DNA from: a virus
DNA: 64,000 bases
Strand: one strand, 5' to 3'
Virus record (IMG/VR): IMGVR_UViG_3300025127_000009
Location: 64,001 to 128,000 of that record
Under the pieces are notes generated by a model. That model made no database searches, was not told the origin of the DNA, and saw only the letters and a list, made by a program, of their open reading frames with translations. The stretch's first letter is position 1. The number at the start of each line of letters is the position of its first letter. Shown one piece after another: positions 1-10,099 of this stretch. Both the position numbers and the translations under genes were made by a program.

Positions 1-644
1 TTCAACACAGCCTCGCGAAACAATCCGCCCAACTGACTTTTTATATGAGAATCATCAGTCTGTGTCCCTTGTGGTCTTCTTACTTTTGTCACATAAGCGT
101 ATTCCACAAACCTTCCTACAATCTTTGGAGGTTCTTGTTTTTCACCGGTCGTTTCAAAAGCCCGGTGCGCCATATTTAATTCTGTTTCTGCTAGTTTTTG
201 AAACTCTGGAGATTCTAACAATTGCTTTGCTGCTTGCATGAATCCATTATCTAACATAACAAGGTAAGTTGGCTCTCCAAATTGTCCCTGTTCTGTAATA
301 AACTCTCCTGGTGCGTCTATTCTAAGGTCTCCAATTCTTGCGCCACCAAGAGGATTTTCAAAACCTTCAATTGTCCACCCTGCTTTTTCGTAAATTTCGT
401 CTCTATGATTCTGTTGCCATCTTCGCAGTGCTGTTTCAGTTATAATATCAAAAGTGGAATTAACCTCAGTAATAGAGCCAAGGCCCAAATAATACTTGAG
501 TATTTGAATTATTAACCCACTAGGGCCTCTTTTCGGGTCGATTACCTGTTCTCTTCTGATTGGCAACTCAAAAGTAAATTCGGTGGCCTGTGTGCCTCCT
601 TCAAAATTGTAATCATAAACTATAACGTATTTTTTCTTACTCAT
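1..644 (-). CDS. Hypothetical, probably structural protein (partial, runs off left edge)
   Basis: Manual translation from ATG at 644 (MSKKKYVIVYDYNFEGG...) stays open to position 1. It is missing from the ORF track because there is no stop in the window. FDIITETALRRWQQ resembles a peptidoglycan-binding repeat. Confidence 0.7.
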   Translation of the reverse strand, partial: MSKKKYVIVYDYNFEGGTQATEFTFELPIRREQVIDPKRGPSGLIIQILKYYLGLGSITEVNSTFDIITETALRRWQQNHRDEIYEKAGWTIEGFENPLGGARIGDLRIDAPGEFITEQGQFGEPTYLVMLDNGFMQAAKQLLESPEFQKLAETELNMAHRAFETTGEKQEPPKIVGRFVEYAYVTKVRRPQGTQTDDSHIKSQLGGLFREAVL

Positions 645-650
645 AATAAA

Positions 651-2450
651 CTAATTTAAATTGTTATAAGAACTTCTTATAGAAAGTTCACCACCTGCAT
701 CTAAGTAGGTTTTTGATATAGTTTCTAGTTGCCACTTTTCCGCAAACGTAGAAAAAGCATCCAAAGATATAAGTTTTGTTAAAGATGATATACAAACAGG
801 CAATGCAGTTGGAGAAGGCATAGTTGGCGCTCCTGGTGGAAAACTCTGTGGGTGGAAGTGTGTTGCCAAAGCCATATCAACTTCTGCCAAATTCATTATA
901 ACAGAAGAAAGCGTTCCTATCGTTTTGTCTAAGGCATCTGACATTTCTCTCAACATCTCTACAAGATTGTTTCCTAAAATCATTGGTTGTAAATTGCTAT
1001 CATCATTACCTGCGATCAGGTCAATTCCGCGAGCATTTCTAGAACTAGTGCCACCTTGAGAATTAGGTAGTTGAGGGTGATGTGTTACTAGTTTTATCCC
1101 TGAGTCTCTGGCGATAATTCGAATTGCATCTGACTTCATCGCAATTGCGGACCTTGCTTTCATGTTTCCCACTACACCGTCTGCCAAACTAAAGTTAGAA
1201 TCTACATCTGTTTTTTGAGATATATAAATTCTAGCCGCATCACAAACCTGCTTTCCATCGCCATTAAGTGCATATCCAAATATAGGAGATGCTTTTACCA
1301 AGTTACCTTCTCTGTCATGGGATTGAGGGAATGGAGACATTCTTCCTACCACTATATCTATTGCACCCGCTTGAGTGTGACCTAAACCAGGCCCATATCC
1401 AGTTGAAATACCTGCAGGGCGATCTCGCCCTAAGACTATCCATGTGTTGTTTTTGCCACTTACGACCACATCAGACGAAATCTTTTTAAATTCTGGAACA
1501 GGCTCTGGGCAAGGCCTGTCCAAAAGTCCTGAGTTAGATGCTAATTGTGCTCTATCTAGTTCACCCCCCAGCATGCCTGATCTATCAATATTGGCTTTTT
1601 CTGTGGTTGTTGTCTCTACTGGTGCTGTTCCTGGTTTATCCGCAGGCGATCCCACATCACTTGATTTAAAATCTACACTACCTAACCCTAAATTGTTAGG
1701 ATTTAAACCGTCAGGTAAGCCCAAGTCTGCTTTCGCTGCATCAAGTATGGAGCCTGCATCGGAAATAACATTTCCCACATCAGGTGTAGATGATGCTCCG
1801 CTAGGAATATTTCCTTCGGGACTTGAAGTATTTTCGGTCTCCAATCCAAGACTCTTACCTCTGTCTGATAAGATAGATTCTTTTGAGCCTTGCGTTAAAT
1901 CTAATGGAGTTGGTTCAGGTGCAGGATATGTTTCAAGACCACCCTGACCATAAAATAAATTATTCCCGCGCAATTGCTCTAGAAAACTTTGCGTCTCATT
2001 TGCGTTTGTGGGCCTATCTGGCATACGAGTGCCGGAATACGGTCTTTGCTCCGTTGTATTAAATGTTGGTGCTGGACTTGCTTCAGATCTGGTGATACTA
2101 CCTAAAATTCTTATTTGCAAATTATTTGTAGAGGCAGCCCATTCATCATACTGTTCTTTATTGTCAAACGTTAATTCTTCTAATTCCTCCCCAGTATCTG
2201 CATTTATAACTTTAACTATATATGTTGAGTCTGTTGGTGTACCAGTTCTTTCTATTCCTGCGCTTCTAGGGGTGGGTGGATTTTCACCATATTCTGGTTG
2301 TTTAATCTCTCGACCATCACCTTGATTGTCTAATTTTAAACTTTGTCTCGGGGGATCAATCCTTGGCGCGATATTAGTTCCTGACGGTGCTAACGATTGC
2401 GTGTGCGTGGGCTTTAATCTAACTAATGCTAATCTATTAATATCTACCAT
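651..2450 (-). CDS. Putative baseplate/tail spike-associated structural protein (gp5-like region)
   Basis: 599 aa ORF. The C-terminal half is beta-rich (LGRDRP, GAIDIVVGRM, DAARIYISQKTDVD, IRIIAR), as in baseplate-region genes of large phages. Next to an amidase. Function inferred. Confidence 0.45.
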   Translation of the reverse strand: MVDINRLALVRLKPTHTQSLAPSGTNIAPRIDPPRQSLKLDNQGDGREIKQPEYGENPPTPRSAGIERTGTPTDSTYIVKVINADTGEELEELTFDNKEQYDEWAASTNNLQIRILGSITRSEASPAPTFNTTEQRPYSGTRMPDRPTNANETQSFLEQLRGNNLFYGQGGLETYPAPEPTPLDLTQGSKESILSDRGKSLGLETENTSSPEGNIPSGASSTPDVGNVISDAGSILDAAKADLGLPDGLNPNNLGLGSVDFKSSDVGSPADKPGTAPVETTTTEKANIDRSGMLGGELDRAQLASNSGLLDRPCPEPVPEFKKISSDVVVSGKNNTWIVLGRDRPAGISTGYGPGLGHTQAGAIDIVVGRMSPFPQSHDREGNLVKASPIFGYALNGDGKQVCDAARIYISQKTDVDSNFSLADGVVGNMKARSAIAMKSDAIRIIARDSGIKLVTHHPQLPNSQGGTSSRNARGIDLIAGNDDSNLQPMILGNNLVEMLREMSDALDKTIGTLSSVIMNLAEVDMALATHFHPQSFPPGAPTMPSPTALPVCISSLTKLISLDAFSTFAEKWQLETISKTYLDAGGELSIRSSYNNLN

Positions 2451-2488
2451 ATCAAGTTACCAAAACTTACTTCATAATTATAAACCAT

Positions 2489-3961
2489 TTACTTTTTAGT
2501 TTTGTTAATATTAACAAACGGTCTCCACTTGCCACCAACAGACTGAAAATCATAATCATCTGTTGGGTATTGATCTTTGACCTGGGTTGAAATTAACCTT
2601 TCTGGATCGTCACTACCAAGAGGATTACTCAATCCTAAGCCCAATCTAGCAAAATCGAAATTATATCTCAAATCTACTCTGTTTCTCTGTACCATCCAGT
2701 GATGAATTATATGTTGGTTGTCCATAGGTATTCCTCTTCTGGAACATATGTCGCCTATCAAAGAGCCCAGTGCAGAGTATTGAGCGTTTGTATACATGCC
2801 TTCACCACCATATTTTCTATTTCCAGAGCGTGTATCCATAGCAGCCTGAAGGTCTATACCTATAGACCGCATGTTTATACTATTAGGATTCCAGGGCTGA
2901 TCGTTGTCTCCTGCTGCATGACTTACAGAATACGCTTCGGGAGTAAGCGCGTACACTGTTCCTTCCTTTGTTACATAATAGTGGCTACCTATATTAGATC
3001 TCCCTATAGATTTTCTACTTTGATCGACAAAAGAACGAACTGCGCTTTCACCAGATCTCCAACCATAACCTCCGTCATGTAACACAATTAAATCATATGA
3101 AAATCGAGCGGGCTTTTTCATTCGTCTGGCTGTTTGTCCATAATAAGTCATGTCAGAATTTAAAAAGACACCATCATCCAACTCTCCGTTATCTCCACCA
3201 GTAATAGAGGGAAAGTTACCCATTCTTTGAACCAACCCACCAGGTGAGCCTGCGCCACCAGCACCAAAACCGCCGAGTCCGCCAAAGCCACCTCCGCGTC
3301 CAACGGCTCCGATACCAAGACCACCAAGACCGCCGCCTGGTGCACCACTAGAGCCCGGAGAATGCGGAGGGGGAAAAGCAGCCTTTGCGCCAACCGCCGC
3401 TGCGCTAGGCTTAGTGCTATTAGATGCTGATGAATTTTTTGCATCGTCTGCAAAACTTTCTATGAAGCCAAAATTTGTACCTTTAAATTTAACTCTAGCA
3501 ACTTGACCAGTGCGATAAATGTTAGCCGCAGAAACAGAACCTTGATCAAATATTTCGTAAAATCTACTGAGCATTGTAAAAGGTACCATTTCAGGATCTA
3601 ACATAGACAAAGATCCTCCTTCCGCTACCCCATAATGAAGAACCACTGCCACATTTTCTAAATTTCTTGCCTCTTTTCGAATATCGCCCTGCGCTGACAT
3701 GATGATTCCTGCTATTTTTGGATCTGGGATGTTGTGAATACCCTCAAAAGCAAATGATTTAAATATAAGTGCCCTTCTCTCTCCTGATATACCATCGTCT
3801 TCTCTTTGGCCTTTTGCCATCTCGCTGGTCAAAGATGTAAGCGCTGATATAGGCTTTTCATTATCATCAACTACTATTGAATTAAAATTTAATTTTGAAT
3901 CATTAGAATCAATGTCAAAGAATCTTCTTACAACTCTGTCTGATGGCTTTTCTGCTGGCAT
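2489..3961 (-). CDS. N-acetylmuramoyl-L-alanine amidase (Amidase_2-like C-terminal domain) with Gly-rich linker; probable virion-associated lysin
   Basis: IVLHD, SHYYV, SVSHAAG, SIGIDL, QYSAL and IIHH motifs; Gly-rich linker at about 3230-3420. Confidence 0.75.
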   Translation of the reverse strand: MPAEKPSDRVVRRFFDIDSNDSKLNFNSIVVDDNEKPISALTSLTSEMAKGQREDDGISGERRALIFKSFAFEGIHNIPDPKIAGIIMSAQGDIRKEARNLENVAVVLHYGVAEGGSLSMLDPEMVPFTMLSRFYEIFDQGSVSAANIYRTGQVARVKFKGTNFGFIESFADDAKNSSASNSTKPSAAAVGAKAAFPPPHSPGSSGAPGGGLGGLGIGAVGRGGGFGGLGGFGAGGAGSPGGLVQRMGNFPSITGGDNGELDDGVFLNSDMTYYGQTARRMKKPARFSYDLIVLHDGGYGWRSGESAVRSFVDQSRKSIGRSNIGSHYYVTKEGTVYALTPEAYSVSHAAGDNDQPWNPNSINMRSIGIDLQAAMDTRSGNRKYGGEGMYTNAQYSALGSLIGDICSRRGIPMDNQHIIHHWMVQRNRVDLRYNFDFARLGLGLSNPLGSDDPERLISTQVKDQYPTDDYDFQSVGGKWRPFVNINKTKK

Positions 3962-3963
3962 AC

Positions 3964-4260
3964 CTAATCCTCCGAATGTGAATTTATCATATCGAACAAT
4001 TCATCTCGTTCTTCGTCTGATATGGAAGTATCTTCTTGAGTTGCTGTTTTTTTATGGACTAATGTTGCAATTTTAACTAGTTGTTCGTTTGACCTTTGAA
4101 GGGTTTCTAAATATTTTGCCGCAACAATTCCGACCTCTCTGTGTCTGTCATCGCCAATTTGCATATACTTCATCAAACTCATTAGAAGAGTTTTTGTAGC
4201 GGCTCTATCTTCTTTGACGTTTCTAGTTGCTTCTGAAATTAGATCTTTTACATCTGACAT
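3964..4260 (-). CDS. Hypothetical protein
   Basis: 98 aa helical ORF in operon-like spacing. Confidence 0.7.
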   Translation of the reverse strand: MSDVKDLISEATRNVKEDRAATKTLLMSLMKYMQIGDDRHREVGIVAAKYLETLQRSNEQLVKIATLVHKKTATQEDTSISDEERDELFDMINSHSED

Positions 4261-4274
4261 ATAGTAATTATGAA

Positions 4275-4979
4275 TTAATTTAATTTATCACCGCGATCAT
4301 ATTTTATAATAAAATACTTATACCGTTCTCTCATTTTATTCAGGGTGTTGACAATTTGCTTTGTTTTAAGTCCGGTAATTTCTCTGAGATACAAATAGAC
4401 AGCCTTTTTGTTCAAAATATCAATCTTATCAACATTGTCTAATAAAATTTTTACAGCGGCTAGTACTTTTTTTTCATTCTCTTTAACAAAGAGGTTCGAA
4501 TCCTGCCATCGCTCTACTTCATTTTTTAAAGAAAGCCAGAACTCTTCTCTAGATCTTTTTTGTAAATAAGTATAATCAGTGTAAACCAATCTTTCATGCA
4601 TATTTTCATGAACTATATCATCATAAGGGATCTCTCTTTTTGTTCTTGTGGAATTCTTTTTAAATTTGTGTATAAACCAATGTTTCGTAATTACTGAAAA
4701 ATAGGAAAAAGCCTTTGACCCTCGGTTGGGGTCGTATTTGCTTAATATTGTTGTTAACCAAACTTTACAATCTTCTTTCAAAATATCAATGTTTGGGATA
4801 TTTGTAAACTTGTAAGTATAAATAATTTTATCTACCATCTCACTGAAAGCAGGCTGGATAAATTCAATGTACAGTTCTTCTCTCTTTTTTGAGCAATCGG
4901 TAAGACAATATTCCACTATCGCTTCTTCATGTACGCTGGTAAAATAATAATTCTTTTTTGCTTTTTTATCTCTGGGCAT
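4275..4979 (-). CDS. Putative phage sigma-factor-like transcription protein
   Basis: KYDPNRGSKAFSYFSVITKHWF resembles sigma70 region 2.3-2.4; C-terminal helix-turn-helix-like segment. Confidence 0.6.
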   Translation of the reverse strand: MPRDKKAKKNYYFTSVHEEAIVEYCLTDCSKKREELYIEFIQPAFSEMVDKIIYTYKFTNIPNIDILKEDCKVWLTTILSKYDPNRGSKAFSYFSVITKHWFIHKFKKNSTRTKREIPYDDIVHENMHERLVYTDYTYLQKRSREEFWLSLKNEVERWQDSNLFVKENEKKVLAAVKILLDNVDKIDILNKKAVYLYLREITGLKTKQIVNTLNKMRERYKYFIIKYDRGDKLN

Positions 4980-5271
4980 CTTCTTCCATCACTGGCTCCT
5001 CCTCCGAAGCCAAAGTTAATAAATCTTCATGTGCCTCTATTTCCTCCAGCACTTCTTTTGAATGAGCGATCATTGCCTGAAGTGTTTGATCTCCATAAAA
5101 CATTTCTGACTCATGTATTAGTTCTACATGCTCTCTAAACTTAGATAAGATTTCTTGCAAAGTGCCCAAGTTTACAGATACAATGTATAACTTTCGAGCA
5201 GCCATGCCAGCGTATACAAGCAAAAACAAATTTGCTAACAGAGAGGCAGACAATATTGCTGTTTCATACAT
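4966..5271 (-). CDS. Hypothetical membrane-anchored coiled-coil protein
   Basis: N-terminal hydrophobic helix, 101 aa. Confidence 0.65.
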   Translation of the reverse strand: MYETAILSASLLANLFLLVYAGMAARKLYIVSVNLGTLQEILSKFREHVELIHESEMFYGDQTLQAMIAHSKEVLEEIEAHEDLLTLASEEEPVMEEDAQR

Positions 5272-5522
5272 TATCTGTAAGATTCCTTGAGTTTTTGTTT
5301 CTCTTTTTTAAGTTCTGCTTTAGAATCTTCAATATGCTTTTTAACAATATCACCTGTTTTTTCCTTAAAGTTATCTTTGTCTACTTTTTTACTGATATTG
5401 GGTACAATTTTACCTATTTTGTTTGACTCACAATATATACAATTCTCTTGCGAATCATTCATACCTATAAAAACCTCAAAACGTTTTCCACAAGAAAAAC
5501 ACTCATAATCGTAAAGTGGCAC
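5271..5522 (-). CDS. FmdB-family zinc-ribbon protein
   Basis: GTG start giving (M)PLYDYECFSCG...CIYCES; start revised from the ORF track. Confidence 0.8.
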   Translation of the reverse strand: MPLYDYECFSCGKRFEVFIGMNDSQENCIYCESNKIGKIVPNISKKVDKDNFKEKTGDIVKKHIEDSKAELKKEKQKLKESYR

Positions 5523-5523
5523 G

Positions 5524-5754
5524 TTAATCACTTCCAACTGTATTTTCTGATTCTTCGATGTCATATTCATCTTCTTCGTTATCAGGTGTAACGGGCGAAT
5601 TTTGAATTACAGGCGGGTTTTGTACAACAACTTCCTCTTTGTCGTTTAAAACTAAATCAAACTCCTTCAAAATAGGCACAATGTCTACTTGGTGCATTAA
5701 AGAGTTTTGAAGTGCCAGCATTATGGCTCCTAGTGCCTGATCAGATAATTTCAT
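5524..5754 (-). CDS. Hypothetical protein
   Basis: 76 aa ORF with acidic tail. Confidence 0.65.
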   Translation of the reverse strand: MKLSDQALGAIMLALQNSLMHQVDIVPILKEFDLVLNDKEEVVVQNPPVIQNSPVTPDNEEDEYDIEESENTVGSD

Positions 5755-5758
5755 TATA

Positions 5759-6304
5759 TTAGTCCTCCGGGTGTGTATGTTTAAAAATAAAACTTATTAG
5801 TTTTCTAATAGATTCTTCAACACTTTCTTCATTTGTGTTAATTATAAGATCCGCATTAGATGGTTTTTCATATGGATCTGATATACCTGTAAAATTACGT
5901 ATTTTATTCGGATCATCATCTGGCAATAGAGCCCTTTTGTATAAACCTTTAGGGTCGCGTCCCACAAGAGTGTCTAGGTCACAATCTACAAAAACTGTTT
6001 TTGCCAACGAATTGTTCTCTAGAACTTCTTTTCTAATATCATCATAGGGGTTGATGGCAGACATGATGCAAATAACATTATTTCTAGAAAGTACTTTACC
6101 AACAAATGAAAGTCTTCTGATATTTGTGTTTCGATCTTCTTTTGAAAAACCTAAATCTTTACACAAACCCTCTCTGTACTCATCGCCGTCTATAACCTCT
6201 ACGTTATAACCCATCTCTTTGAGTGTTCTTTGCACTCCAAAACCAATAGTTGATTTTCCTGCTCCACTTAAACCAGTCATTTGAATAAAAATTCCTTTCA
6301 TCAC
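5759..6304 (-). CDS. cysC: Adenylyl-sulfate (APS) kinase
   Basis: TGLSGAGKST P-loop, IDGD, RDPKGLYKRA, FTGISDPYEKP. Confidence 0.95.
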   Translation of the reverse strand: MMKGIFIQMTGLSGAGKSTIGFGVQRTLKEMGYNVEVIDGDEYREGLCKDLGFSKEDRNTNIRRLSFVGKVLSRNNVICIMSAINPYDDIRKEVLENNSLAKTVFVDCDLDTLVGRDPKGLYKRALLPDDDPNKIRNFTGISDPYEKPSNADLIINTNEESVEESIRKLISFIFKHTHPED

Positions 6305-6708
6305 ACAGACTCCATTAAATGTTTTCTAACTAGATCATGAATGGAAGGATCGACATTTTCTTTCCAGGCGTCACTGTTTTCAACAATCTGATTTCTTATA
6401 CTAGTTGCTGAAATGAAGCCGACATTTTGAGGTGGTACGTGTTCATTAATTTCATATCCGACGCCACGTCCGTAGTTCACACTTTCAATATCAGGAATTC
6501 TAATTACCTGCACTTGCTCAGTATTGCCATAAACTTGCTGTATCATATTGATTGTCTGGTCTGTACTAAATGGATTTTTTGCATCAGGGGGAATATCTCT
6601 AACTGCTATTAACACTGGTATCTCTTTTGCTAACTTTTGATCTATCAACCACTTATGACCATTGTGAAAGGGTTGCCAGCGTCCTATAAACAATGCTTTT
6701 TTAACCAT
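6301..6708 (-). CDS. HIGH-superfamily (cytidylyltransferase-like) nucleotidyltransferase
   Basis: FIGRWQPFHNGH (HxGH) and ISATSIR motifs. Confidence 0.85.
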   Translation of the reverse strand: MVKKALFIGRWQPFHNGHKWLIDQKLAKEIPVLIAVRDIPPDAKNPFSTDQTINMIQQVYGNTEQVQVIRIPDIESVNYGRGVGYEINEHVPPQNVGFISATSIRNQIVENSDAWKENVDPSIHDLVRKHLMESV

Positions 6709-7417
6709 TTGCTACTTCCTCCTTCATGTATCCTAAGGTTTTAAGGCAAGATTCAAATGCCGGTATTTCAAATTCATCACATATTTCTTTATAAGCATTC
6801 AAGTCTTTTCCTATAGACTGTGTACCTAATTTTCTTTTGCCATAATTTTGCTTTGCAGACTCATCACCTGCTCTGGCCAAAACAGAAACATTCCATTCAA
6901 AAACCCAATCTTCAACATAATCGGGGTAATTTTTAAAACTGTGTTCTGATTCTAAACCAAATCTTTGCTCTATTTCGTTCTGTATTCTGCCCGGATATTT
7001 AATTAGATCTTCATACCTAACCTCTAAATCTATTACATCTTTAAACATTCCTCTTTGCCTAATCGATTCAATCCAGCGACGAGGTTTTACCCATTTACCA
7101 TCAGACAAAACAACATCTCTGCCATCTCGTACAACATTTATAATTGCTACACTTTCTTTTTTAATTGTATTGTGTTGCTCTTCAAAATTAGGCATCAAAA
7201 CATTACTTAACAAGGCAGGCGGGTGCCTTTTGCCGACGACGAAAGGTTTGTCGCTCTTATATTTAATAAAATCTTCAAAAGACAATTCATGCCCATCAAA
7301 TCCTTTCTTATAAAGAACATCCATATTCTTAAATGCATAAAACATTCTCAATAATAGTGTTGTACCAGACTTTGCACAGCCTGTAATAAAAATTTTCTTA
7401 CTCATTATATCTCCCAA
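6701..7417 (-). CDS. Sulfotransferase family protein
   Basis: ITGCAKSGTTLL (5'-PSB), VVRDGRDVVLS (3'-PB), VRYEDL. Confidence 0.8.
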   Translation of the reverse strand: MGDIMSKKIFITGCAKSGTTLLLRMFYAFKNMDVLYKKGFDGHELSFEDFIKYKSDKPFVVGKRHPPALLSNVLMPNFEEQHNTIKKESVAIINVVRDGRDVVLSDGKWVKPRRWIESIRQRGMFKDVIDLEVRYEDLIKYPGRIQNEIEQRFGLESEHSFKNYPDYVEDWVFEWNVSVLARAGDESAKQNYGKRKLGTQSIGKDLNAYKEICDEFEIPAFESCLKTLGYMKEEVANG

Positions 7418-8028
7418 GTTTTGTATTCTGGATCTTTTGTTTTGTTATTATCATGCATGCGATAACGATAAAATGGAATCTTCAAGTGATCTATCTTGTA
7501 ATCTTGTCCCAATCTTTTTCTTAACTCTTCTTCTTCTCTGTGTCTCATCTTTTCATTGTACCCACCTGATGCTGTGAATACATCCTTGCGATACATTATA
7601 CCACATGAAATGTTTTGTTTTTCTGCATACCTTCTTTCTAAAACGTTCTCGAAGTCATCAACCATCAGATAGTCGCAAGAAACGCAGAATACATCATGAT
7701 TCGCTTCTAGATAAGTTTTCATTATATAACACATATCTGCGTTAACATAGTCATCAGCATCAACTCTAATAAAAAATTGACCTCTTGCGTGTTGTATACC
7801 AACATTACTCGCTACAGCAATTCCTGAATTTTTAGATGTGCTAACTAGTTTAATTTGATCTTTAAATGGATCCATTATCTCAATTGAATTGTCTGTGCTG
7901 CAATCATCTACAACGATCACTTCATGCTTAACTATTCTCTGATTTAAACAACTTCGTATTGCTCTAGGCACATACCTACTGTAATTGTAATTTGTTATTA
8001 TAATTGAAACATCAGGATTAGAACTCAC
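7405..8028 (-). CDS. Glycosyltransferase family 2
   Basis: VSIIITNYN, VVDDCSTD, RVDADD. Confidence 0.9.
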   Translation of the reverse strand: MSSNPDVSIIITNYNYSRYVPRAIRSCLNQRIVKHEVIVVDDCSTDNSIEIMDPFKDQIKLVSTSKNSGIAVASNVGIQHARGQFFIRVDADDYVNADMCYIMKTYLEANHDVFCVSCDYLMVDDFENVLERRYAEKQNISCGIMYRKDVFTASGGYNEKMRHREEEELRKRLGQDYKIDHLKIPFYRYRMHDNNKTKDPEYKTWEI

Positions 8029-8731
8029 TGTTTTTCTCCAGTATTTCCAAGTTCTTAATTAATCTAACATATTCTTGAAGACTATCTTTGTCAAACGAGG
8101 CTATGTGCCCACCTTCTGTACCAGATTGAGCATATATGTTATTCGAAAAATGTTTTTCTAAATATATCGCTCCCCTCATATATGCACGTACAGATGCAGC
8201 AATACCCAAACTGTGGTCGCTGTATCCGGTATATGCCCCTTCTTTGAAGAAGGGCATTTTTCTAAGTTTTTCATCATCTAGATAAGTTGGATACTTTGAC
8301 ACACAAAAAAGGTAATCAATATTACCATCCTTGCCGTAAGGAAATTGTCCAAATTCGTGCATACCTGTTGAAATCAACGTTGGCTTATTTTCTGCTAAGA
8401 TAAGTTCTGAAAGTTCTCTATCAAACTTTGATGTTCTGCTAGCAATTTTATGCGTTTCGACATTGAAGTCTTGCAGCCACTCAAGCCTTTCTTTATCAAA
8501 TACAGATGCCATAAACTCTATGCCGATTAAACTACAGTAGTTTGATAACTCCAAAGCATCATTGTACGATATGTCTCTATATTTTTTATTCTTTACACCT
8601 AACAATTTTTCAGAATCCATCAACTGTACTTTTACAGCGTGCGCCCCTGATGTGAACGCATTCAAAGTCATTCTTTTTAATTCTTGTAAACTTCCGAAAT
8701 GCTGGTTGCACAAATCAACTATTATTTTCAT
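8018..8731 (-). CDS. neuB: NeuB-family nonulosonic acid synthase (lacks C-terminal SAF domain)
   Basis: VKVQL, KIAS, ISTGM, VSKYPT, GYSDHSLG, LEKHF. Confidence 0.85.
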   Translation of the reverse strand: MKIIVDLCNQHFGSLQELKRMTLNAFTSGAHAVKVQLMDSEKLLGVKNKKYRDISYNDALELSNYCSLIGIEFMASVFDKERLEWLQDFNVETHKIASRTSKFDRELSELILAENKPTLISTGMHEFGQFPYGKDGNIDYLFCVSKYPTYLDDEKLRKMPFFKEGAYTGYSDHSLGIAASVRAYMRGAIYLEKHFSNNIYAQSGTEGGHIASFDKDSLQEYVRLIKNLEILEKNSEF

Positions 8732-9413
8732 TTAAAAACCTTTTTATTTTATCTTTACATGTAAGATTGATTTCTTTCATTATATCAGAATTCATATCTT
8801 TTGTTTGGAAAAGTTTACCTCGATGATTCAACCTCTTTCTATCCACATCATTATTGATGATGCTTTGCAAGTTATCAATCAACATCACAAAACCGAGTTG
8901 ACATGTTTTAAAAAATAACTTATCAGGTGTATCTGTCTCTACGACTTTAACTGTATCTTGGTCTATTATGTCCCCACCGTCAATAGATGAATCAATATAA
9001 TGCAATGTTGTTCCAATTTTGTCAAAATTTTCTTCATAAATTGCCCAATACGAACTATCAACTCCACGATAGTGTTGAACTAACCCAGTGTGTATGTTTA
9101 CACACCCATATTCAGGAATACTATAAATTTCTTTTGGTAAAAGTGGCGCACCAAAAATAAAACCAACTTTTGGTTTTTTTCTTCTCAATGAAGTTAAAAC
9201 TAGATCATCTTTTAAATGAGATTTGTTGCACATCAGATACATAGAACCAATGCCAGACGCTCTAGGCCAAAACCTTCTTTCTTGTTTTGTAAAGTTTTTA
9301 TCGCGATTTTCTTTTGGTACAACGATAATTTGATCTATTGGCAAATGCATTCTTAAGGTGTTTAAAAATTGTATGTGTCTAGCCTGGTTGGATGTGATTG
9401 CAAAATAACTCAT
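8715..9413 (-). CDS. Formyltransferase-family protein
   Basis: VNIHTG..YRG and IDGGDII catalytic motifs. Confidence 0.8.
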   Translation of the reverse strand: MSYFAITSNQARHIQFLNTLRMHLPIDQIIVVPKENRDKNFTKQERRFWPRASGIGSMYLMCNKSHLKDDLVLTSLRRKKPKVGFIFGAPLLPKEIYSIPEYGCVNIHTGLVQHYRGVDSSYWAIYEENFDKIGTTLHYIDSSIDGGDIIDQDTVKVVETDTPDKLFFKTCQLGFVMLIDNLQSIINNDVDRKRLNHRGKLFQTKDMNSDIMKEINLTCKDKIKRFLNENNS

Positions 9414-10099
9414 AGTTGCACTGGCAATGTTCCTATTCTTTTAAATGCTTCTGCCCGCTTGTTGGGGCCAATAGAATACCCTCTTACTCTGGACAGTCCA
9501 TCTAAATAAAATTCAATTCCAGGTATAATACCTAACTGAGATGAGTACACTTCCATTGCATATTCTTTTGCAGAATACTCTTTAGTTATATCTACCACAA
9601 AGTCTGGATTTGAAAAGGGATCTAATATTTCAAAACTTAGTAATTGAGATACCGCATGTGGTTCACCCAATTCCTCTAAAATATTTTCTGAGCATTTCCA
9701 AGTTGCTTCTTCTACAATCATCGAGGTGTTTTTGTGATCTCTGTGCTTGCAGATCTGGTTGTGGGTCAGTATTATGTCTGGCTTTACTTCTCTTATTTTT
9801 TTAATAACAGAATGAAATGTTTTTTTGTTGTTTGTTACTTCTTGGCAAGGTATACCAAGAGTGTGTATCTTTGAAACCCCTAGTACATGACACGCCAAAG
9901 ATGCTTCTTTCATTCTAATATCTGTAATATTTTCTCTCATATTAATATCACAACCTTGTTCTATGCCTGTGCCTCCGTCAGTCATAAAACAAACTTGAAC
10001 ATCTGATCCAGATCTTGACCACTTTGTAATTGTTCCTCCGCACCCAATTGTTTCATCATCTTGATGTGCAGCAAAAACTAAAACTTTTTTACTCAACAT
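9410..10099 (-). CDS. PIG-L family N-deacetylase
   Basis: AHQDDETIGCGGT, HRDH. Confidence 0.9.
   Translation of the reverse strand: MLSKKVLVFAAHQDDETIGCGGTITKWSRSGSDVQVCFMTDGGTGIEQGCDINMRENITDIRMKEASLACHVLGVSKIHTLGIPCQEVTNNKKTFHSVIKKIREVKPDIILTHNQICKHRDHKNTSMIVEEATWKCSENILEELGEPHAVSQLLSFEILDPFSNPDFVVDITKEYSAKEYAMEVYSSQLGIIPGIEFYLDGLSRVRGYSIGPNKRAEAFKRIGTLPVQL

Noticed and set aside
3230-3420. Collagen-like or DNA tandem repeat in the amidase gene
   Set aside because: A Gly-rich GGLGG/GGFGG linker without Gly-X-Y periodicity or nucleotide-level tandem identity.
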